NCBI RefSeq assembly: GCF_000091665.1
Contig: NC_000909.1
Coordinates: 152,871-184,870, forward strand
Direction of reading: 5' to 3'
From: Methanocaldococcus jannaschii DSM 2661
Lineage (GTDB): Archaea > AGJL01 > Methanococci > Methanococcales > Methanocaldococcaceae
Length of the DNA: 32,000 nucleotides
The notes beneath the pieces were generated by a model. That model did no database searches. It was not told where the DNA came from and saw only the letters and a list, made by a program, of their open reading frames with translations. The position numbers were made by a program, and so were the translations under genes. The stretch's first letter is position 1. Each line of letters starts with the position of its first letter. Positions 29,042 to 32,000 of the stretch are shown here, piece after piece.

Positions 29042-30618
29042 TTATAAATAGGTTTCTACCATTTTAAAGAGATTTGTAAATGGATAAGGATTTGGATAAT
29101 TCTCTTCTATTAAATCTTCATAGTTGTTTTTAATATATTCCCAAAAATCTACTGTGATTCCGGCTTCTTTTAATTCTATACTTAATTCATTGGCTATATT
29201 GTAATCCTTATCTCTAATTTCCCTGTTTATTACTAATTTATAAAACTTTCTTCCTTTAATTTCATAGTTATATCTATAGCCCAGTTGTGAATACAACAGC
29301 ATTAAATTGGTGATGACTCTATCCATGTCATTAGCATTTCTATTTTTTATTACTTTCATAATTTGAGATAATAAAGAATAACGTTCAAAATAAGATTGTA
29401 ATCCTGTATTTGTTTGTAATCTACATTTATACCTCTTAACCTCCAAATATTTCCCATAATAAAACTCATAAAGAATTATAAAATACAAAACAAAAACTGT
29501 ATCAAATAAATATCCTTTTCTTTTTCTTTCTCCATTTTCAATTCTTATTATTTCAGGAATTAATCTCTCGTTATCAATTTTAGAATTTTTAAACTCAATA
29601 AGGATTGCATATTTATTTAAAACCTTCTTCAAATGTCTTGGATTCGTAAAATTGATAGCTTTAAAGAATCTCTCAAGCTTTTCAGCAATTTTATCATCAT
29701 TAAAGAAATCATATTGTTTAATAAAATCCTTTAATTCATAAGATTTTGGCATACTAAATGAAATATTAAAAATCTTTTCCAAATACTCTTCTGCTTTTAT
29801 AATATCTTTATATTTTGTTTTAATAGCCTTAGAAACAGCATCTTTATCAACAGCTACAAAATAAACAATATTTTTATTTCATCATCATTTTTGTTTTCGT
29901 CTTCATCTTCTCCGCCTAAACTAAAGAATAACTTAATTGATGCCAATAAATTTAAAATATTCTCTGCTTCGCACCTATCAAGTTCATCAATAAAAATAAT
30001 TAATTTTTTACCATTGTCGGCAAGTGTTTTTGATAACTCTTTAAAACAATTCTGTAATTCTTTAACTTTTTTATGGTAAGATTCTTCTTCATTTTCGTCT
30101 TCTTTTGATGCATTGACTACGTATCCAACAAATTTGCTTCCATCAAAACTTGCGTTTATTTTAATCCCAGATAGTTCTGTTATGGGAGAAGTCCCTGCTT
30201 TAATATTTGTTGCATTTATTGCTCCTAAAACCATGTTTTTCCAAAGATTAACTGACTTCTTTCCTAATTTTTTAATTTTATCTTTTATTTCTTTTGTAAT
30301 AGTTTCGTCCTTATTTAATTTAGCTTCTAATTCGTCCCAAATAAACTCCAATAATGAATAAGGCAAATTATCATCTTTTTCATAAAGCCAAGCATCAAAT
30401 TTTAAGCAAATAAATTCATTTTTATCCAATTTACTCATAATATGGTTTATAACGCTACTCTTCCCACTACCTCAATTTCCATAAAGGGCTATCATATTAT
30501 TCTTCTGCAAATAATCCCATCTATTTTCAATAAATCTTGCTATAGCATCTGCCTTCTTCTTTATTCCTAACCTATCATATTCATCCAAATTTTTTAAAGG
30601 CATGTCAGGGCTTAACAT
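29042..30618 (-). pseudogene. KAP-family P-loop NTPase, disrupted by an in-frame TGA and a 1-nt homopolymer frameshift
   Basis: The reconstructed reading is MLSPDMPLKNLDEYDRLGIKKKADAIARFIENRWDYLQKNNMIALYGN*GSGKSSVINHI...FDAWLYEKDD...LIIFIDELDRCEAENILNLLASIKLFF..(shift)..NIVYFVAVDKDAVSKAIKTKY...YLEKIFNISFSMP. TGA at 30472-30474 replaces the Walker A Trp. The frame changes in the A5 run at 29871-29875. Confidence 0.8.
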
Positions 30619-30732
30619 AACCCTCCCCCCACATAAGCTAATAATTTTGATACTGTTAGCTTAGATAACTTTTATTAATCCTAAAAAATATATATCCTTA
30701 ACCATATCAAAAGCTTAGGAGTTGTGAATATT

Positions 30733-30957
30733 ATGATAACTAAACAATTTGATAGACATTTAAAGTATTACACTACAATAGTTAAAGTTTTTGCTAATGG
30801 TATTATTTTGATAACTGCTTACTACTTAGTGTTTGAGCTTCCAGTAGGTTATTTAATAGGATTATACATCATTATGTTTGTTGTGTGGTTATTGGTGTCA
30901 ATGTTTTTCTTAGGTAGATTGTTGGATTTTATGGCTAAAATGGATTTAAAAAAATAA
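30733..30957 (+). CDS. Small hydrophobic protein (two predicted TM helices)
   Basis: 74-77 aa. NGIILITAYYLVFELPVGYLIGLYIIMFVVWLLVSMFFLG is strongly hydrophobic. An AGGAG lies 11 nt before ATG 30733. Confidence 0.45.
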   Translation: MITKQFDRHLKYYTTIVKVFANGIILITAYYLVFELPVGYLIGLYIIMFVVWLLVSMFFLGRLLDFMAKMDLKK

Positions 30958-31012
30958 ACAAAAAGCTAAATTTGATATTTTAACCAATTTTTGTGATACT
31001 GCCATTAATGCC

Positions 31013-31162
31013 ATGTGTTATGGTATAATAGTGATGATACTATTTAGTTTGTATAAGGGTTTAGCTCCAAACTCTGCCATAGTTGGAATAAGCATAATGA
31101 TAATAATAGCAATTGGAATATACTTAATAATAGAGTATGCTATAAAAAAGATTATTGGGTAG
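31013..31162 (+). CDS. Possible 49-aa hydrophobic ORF, or the downstream half of a frameshifted larger gene
   Basis: MCYGIIVMILFSLYKGLAPNSAIVGISIMIIIAIGIYLIIEYAIKKIIG has no SD. Its frame is open back to 30950, inside the A7 run that ends the previous ORF. Confidence 0.25.
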   Translation: MCYGIIVMILFSLYKGLAPNSAIVGISIMIIIAIGIYLIIEYAIKKIIG

Positions 31163-31274
31163 GTTTTGCTTCTAACTTTTTAGAGGCATAGAACAACCAC
31201 AAACAGCCAACCAAGACCATAGCCAATAAAAACAAACTAATCATAATTGATGCTATAATTATATCCGTTTCCAT
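31152..31274 (-). CDS. Possible 40-aa single-TM protein
   Basis: METDIIIASIMISLFLLAMVLVGCLWLFYASKKLEAKPTQ has a GAGGATGA SD 5-8 nt upstream. It is below the ORF-track size cutoff. Confidence 0.4.
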   Translation of the reverse strand: METDIIIASIMISLFLLAMVLVGCLWLFYASKKLEAKPTQ

Positions 31275-31344
31275 AACATCATCCTCTTTTTTGTGTTGTT
31301 ATATTCTTATGTAAGCAGTTAGTTATATAGATTGTGACAAACCA

Positions 31345-32000
31345 TTAAGTTGTATATTCAGCGTTTATTCTAACATACTCATAGCTTAAATCACATCCAT
31401 AACAAACGTTCTCAAACTCCCCCATCTTCAAATCAACAACTATCTTTATTTCATCACTTTTCATAATCTCCTCGGCCTTTTTTAGCTCTTCAGTTCCTTC
31501 ATCAGCCAATGGAATCCCATCTTTAACTAAATAAACCTCATCTTTATAGTTGCTCAATATAACATCAACAACTTCTGGGTTGAAATCAGCCCCACTATAT
31601 CCAACAGCAGCAACAATCCTTCCCCAATTTGGGTCTCCACCAAACACAGCAGTTTTAACTAACAAAGAATTAACTATAGCCTTTGATGCTTTAACTGCAT
31701 CCTCCTCAGTTTTAGCCCCTTTAACAACAACCTCCATAAATTTGGTAGCTCCTTCACCATCCTTAACAATCATCTTGGCAAGCTCTCTGCACACATACAA
31801 TAAGGCATTTTCAAACTCTTCTCCACATTCTTCATAATTAACTCCACTTAATCCATTAGCTAAAACAAAAACGGTATCATTTGTTGAAGTGTCTCCATCA
31901 ACGGATATGTTGTTGAATGTTTTATCTACAACCTTTTGCAAGATATTTGTTAAGCTTTCTTTATCAATCTCTATGTCTGTTGTTATAAAGCAAAGCATAG
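31345..32000 (-). CDS. argJ: Glutamate N-acetyltransferase / amino-acid acetyltransferase ArgJ (3' part; 5' end outside window)
   Basis: ..TMLCFITTD (autoproteolysis site region)...SVDGDTSTNDTVFVLANG...GGDPNWGRIVAAVG...CDLSYEYVRINAEYTT is canonical ArgJ. Confidence 0.92.
   Translation of the reverse strand, partial: MLCFITTDIEIDKESLTNILQKVVDKTFNNISVDGDTSTNDTVFVLANGLSGVNYEECGEEFENALLYVCRELAKMIVKDGEGATKFMEVVVKGAKTEEDAVKASKAIVNSLLVKTAVFGGDPNWGRIVAAVGYSGADFNPEVVDVILSNYKDEVYLVKDGIPLADEGTEELKKAEEIMKSDEIKIVVDLKMGEFENVCYGCDLSYEYVRINAEYTT

Noticed and set aside
30472-30474. In-frame TGA in the KAP NTPase as a selenocysteine codon
   Set aside because: It replaces the near-invariant Trp of the KAP Walker A motif (TGG to TGA is one transition), the gene also carries a frameshift, and I could not identify a SECIS-like structure by eye. 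A nonsense mutation or sequence error is more parsimonious.

Overview
The window has about 30% GC coding sequence and one rRNA operon with much higher GC, the composition pattern of a hyperthermophilic methanogen. Gene content and order match what I remember of Methanocaldococcus jannaschii around MJ0155 to MJ0186. That assignment and all locus tags are from memory and were not checked. In window order (not strand direction) the contents are: the 3' end of a ferredoxin-like gene and cdhC; a minus-strand rRNA operon (16S, tRNA-Ala(UGC), 23S, no 5S) with clear processing stems; a small conserved ORF and a SelA-like PLP protein; nrpR, gatB, ilvH and a beta-CASP RNase; a tight minus-strand cluster (histone, moaB, dtdA, larB-like, a double PATAN-like protein, a membrane-anchored Roadblock-like protein); minD-like, mscS-type channel, DNA ligase, pcm, tfx, pelota and a translin-like gene; L3-L4-L23-L2-S19; a disrupted KAP-family P-loop NTPase with small membrane ORFs; and the 3' part of argJ. 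Many ORF-track N-termini begin at a GTG or TTG inside the GGTGA Shine-Dalgarno sequence, so I moved those starts to the downstream ATG. Five observations seem most worth follow-up. (1) Three intergenic GC-rich hairpins share one architecture: a variable stem, invariant tandem GA/GA, a covarying 2-bp helix and a 3-4 nt loop. Each lies between an intact gene terminus and a diverged duplicate of that terminus, always with the same polarity. (2) Three copies of a 92-98 bp element have 16-17 bp terminal inverted repeats, a stable-RNA-type TATA box and a compensatory central hairpin. One copy appears to supply the rRNA operon promoter, one lies antisense in the tRNA-Ala/23S spacer, and one supplies the stop codon of the translin-like gene. 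(3) The KAP NTPase carries TGA at the Walker A tryptophan codon and a homopolymer frameshift, and it sits exactly where the ribosomal protein operon breaks off after S19. (4) A Roadblock-like and PATAN-like gene pair has no GTPase partner in the window. (5) Nested palindromes lie upstream of the L3 operon. No CRISPR array, transposase or integrase gene was seen.
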